Below, piece after piece: positions 62,045 to 64,000 of a stretch of 64,000 nucleotides of DNA. How positions within the stretch are numbered: position 1 is the stretch's first letter; every line of letters starts with the position of its first letter. Source of the DNA: the human T2T-CHM13v2.0 reference genome, Homo sapiens; the NCBI RefSeq assembly GCF_009914755.1, contig NC_060938.1, one strand, 5' to 3'. The position numbers were made by a program, and so were the translations under genes. The notes beneath the pieces were generated by a model, which made no database searches, was not told the DNA's origin, and worked only from the letters and a program-made list of their open reading frames with translations.

Positions 62045-62963
62045 TTAGCTTGACCAGATCTTTCCTCTCACAGGACAAGAAGATACCTGGGGAATCAAGG
62101 TATTGGCTGGTCTTTCAGGGCTCCTGGAATCAGTGCAGGTGGAGTTAGATAGGAAGACCAGAGTTTATTCTCATTGAGCTCTAAGATCTGGGGCTGTCAC
62201 CTCCATGATGAAGGACTACCTGCCACAATCACTAGACACATGCCCCCATTAATCTAAGCATGCTGTCTTCTGGGTAGTGCTAGGATATGGCAGATATCAG
62301 ACTAGGAAATAAAATGTCACACTCAAAAGGGGGTAGTCATTGCAGAATTTAAAGAAAGGATTCTTTTCCAACATATCTCAAAACCAATAAGGGATGGTTA
62401 TGCACCCCTAATCTGGCAACCATGGGAGTCATCCCTACCTCAAGGGCAAAAGGAGGAAGGAGTTGCCAGGACCTGGAGGGAACTGTAGTTGCAGCTCCAA
62501 GGGAGGGCATTTCTCCAGGATCACGGCCCTTGGTAGAGGAATACAGCCACTGCAAAACATAGGCTAGCAGGGAGGGAACCTGGGGAAGATATCCCCTTGT
62601 TTCTCTCGCCTCCTGTCCCCTGATCCTTCTTGTGCCTCCCGTTGGCTGGACGCAGCTGGAACCCAGGGAGCCAGCTGACAGTCTGTAGAGGCCAGCCTCT
62701 TAGATCACAGAGCAGGGTAGAGAAGGTGAGAGCGGAAGCAGAGGGGCAGGCAGAGATATGTGGTACATGGGACTGCAGGCATCATGCCTCCTCATTCCTA
62801 GGCCTCCTTGCCAGACGACTTTGCTTCTGTTTAAGACATTCCAGAATAATTCCTTCAATCTGGCTAAATGGGGATCTTCCTGGCCTGGGGGCTATTCTCT
62901 TTCTTTAAGGTGACTCTAAGTATCTCTCTTCTGATCAGTTAAATGATGTATTCATTAATGTAA

Positions 62964-63286
<323 letters not shown>

Positions 63287-63554
63287 ATTTTCCTTCTTTT
63301 CTCATGGTTTGTAGGGCCAGGATGGGAACACCTCACAGAGGCCTCCTCAGGCCAGCCTAATTCAGCCTCATTGAATGGAAGAATTAAGGGAAGAGGGGAA
63401 CTCCAGGGCATGCCAGGGCTCTCTGTCTAATACTGCCTTAGCACCAGCTTTACCAAGCACGTTTGTGTTTTAAAAAGGACTCTTAAAAATACAAAATTTA
63501 ATACCAAAAGAAATGTCTCTCAAATGGCAAAATTTCAGTTTAGTAGTTGGGAGG

Positions 63555-64000
63555 TATGAGGTGCTAATGACCCCCCAACCCCAAGATGTCCACATCTTAA
63601 TCCCCAGAACCTGTGAATGTGTTACCTTGTAGGAAAAAGGGACTTTGCAGATGTGCTTACATTAAGGCTCTTGAGCAGTGGAGATTAAGGATCTTGAGCC
63701 TATCCAGGTAGGCTCAATGTAATCATAAGGATCCTTATCAGAGAGAGGCAGGAGGTCAGAAGGACAGAGACAATGTGTGATGACAGAAGCAGATGCTGGG
63801 CTGGCGCAATTTGAAGATGTGAAGAGGCCATGAGTCAAGTAATTCAGGAGGCCTCTAAAAGCTGGAAAAGGCAAGGAAATGATTATCTCCTGGAGCCTCC
63901 AAGAGGAAGGCAGCTTTTGATTTTAGTTCAGTAAGACCCATCTTGGATGATATGGTTTGGCTCTGGGTCCCCACCCAAATCTCACCTTGAATTGTGATGA
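63555..64000 (+). mobile_element. MLT1 LTR interrupted at about 63947 by the start of an MST/THE1 LTR
   Basis: AAGATGTCCACATCTTAATCCCCAGAACCTGTGAATGTGTTACCTT; TGATATGGTTTGGCTCTG..CCCACCCAAATCTCA. Confidence 0.85.

Overview
Primate (human-like, anthropoid) genomic DNA, very rich in Alu and other interspersed repeats (L1, L2, MIR, MLT1/MLT2/MST, MER11 and ERV1 solo LTRs, hAT and Tigger DNA-transposon relics). I see no intact protein-coding gene, and nearly all listed ORFs are repeat-derived noise. The unique sequence between the repeats in about 5-35 kb contains, all on the minus strand, two tandem sets of decayed exons. Each set reads as a butyrophilin-type ectodomain (IgV-IgC-TM) followed by TRIM-type cytoplasmic exons (RING/B-box, coiled coil) and a B30.2/PRY-SPRY exon. 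Unit A spans about 34,870 to 22,330 and unit B about 16,715 to 5,085. The simplest reading is a fossil pair of butyrophilin-TRIM hybrid receptor genes. The unit B B30.2 and coiled-coil exons, the unit A RING and the unit A B30.2 are well supported. The Ig, signal-peptide and unit A TM calls are by-eye alignments of heavily decayed sequence and need HMM/tBLASTn confirmation. Other items: a BC200 retrocopy nested in an Alu, two MER11 solo LTRs, an 81-nt fold-back hairpin and short local duplications. Repeat boundaries are approximate and subfamily names are from memory of consensus sequences.
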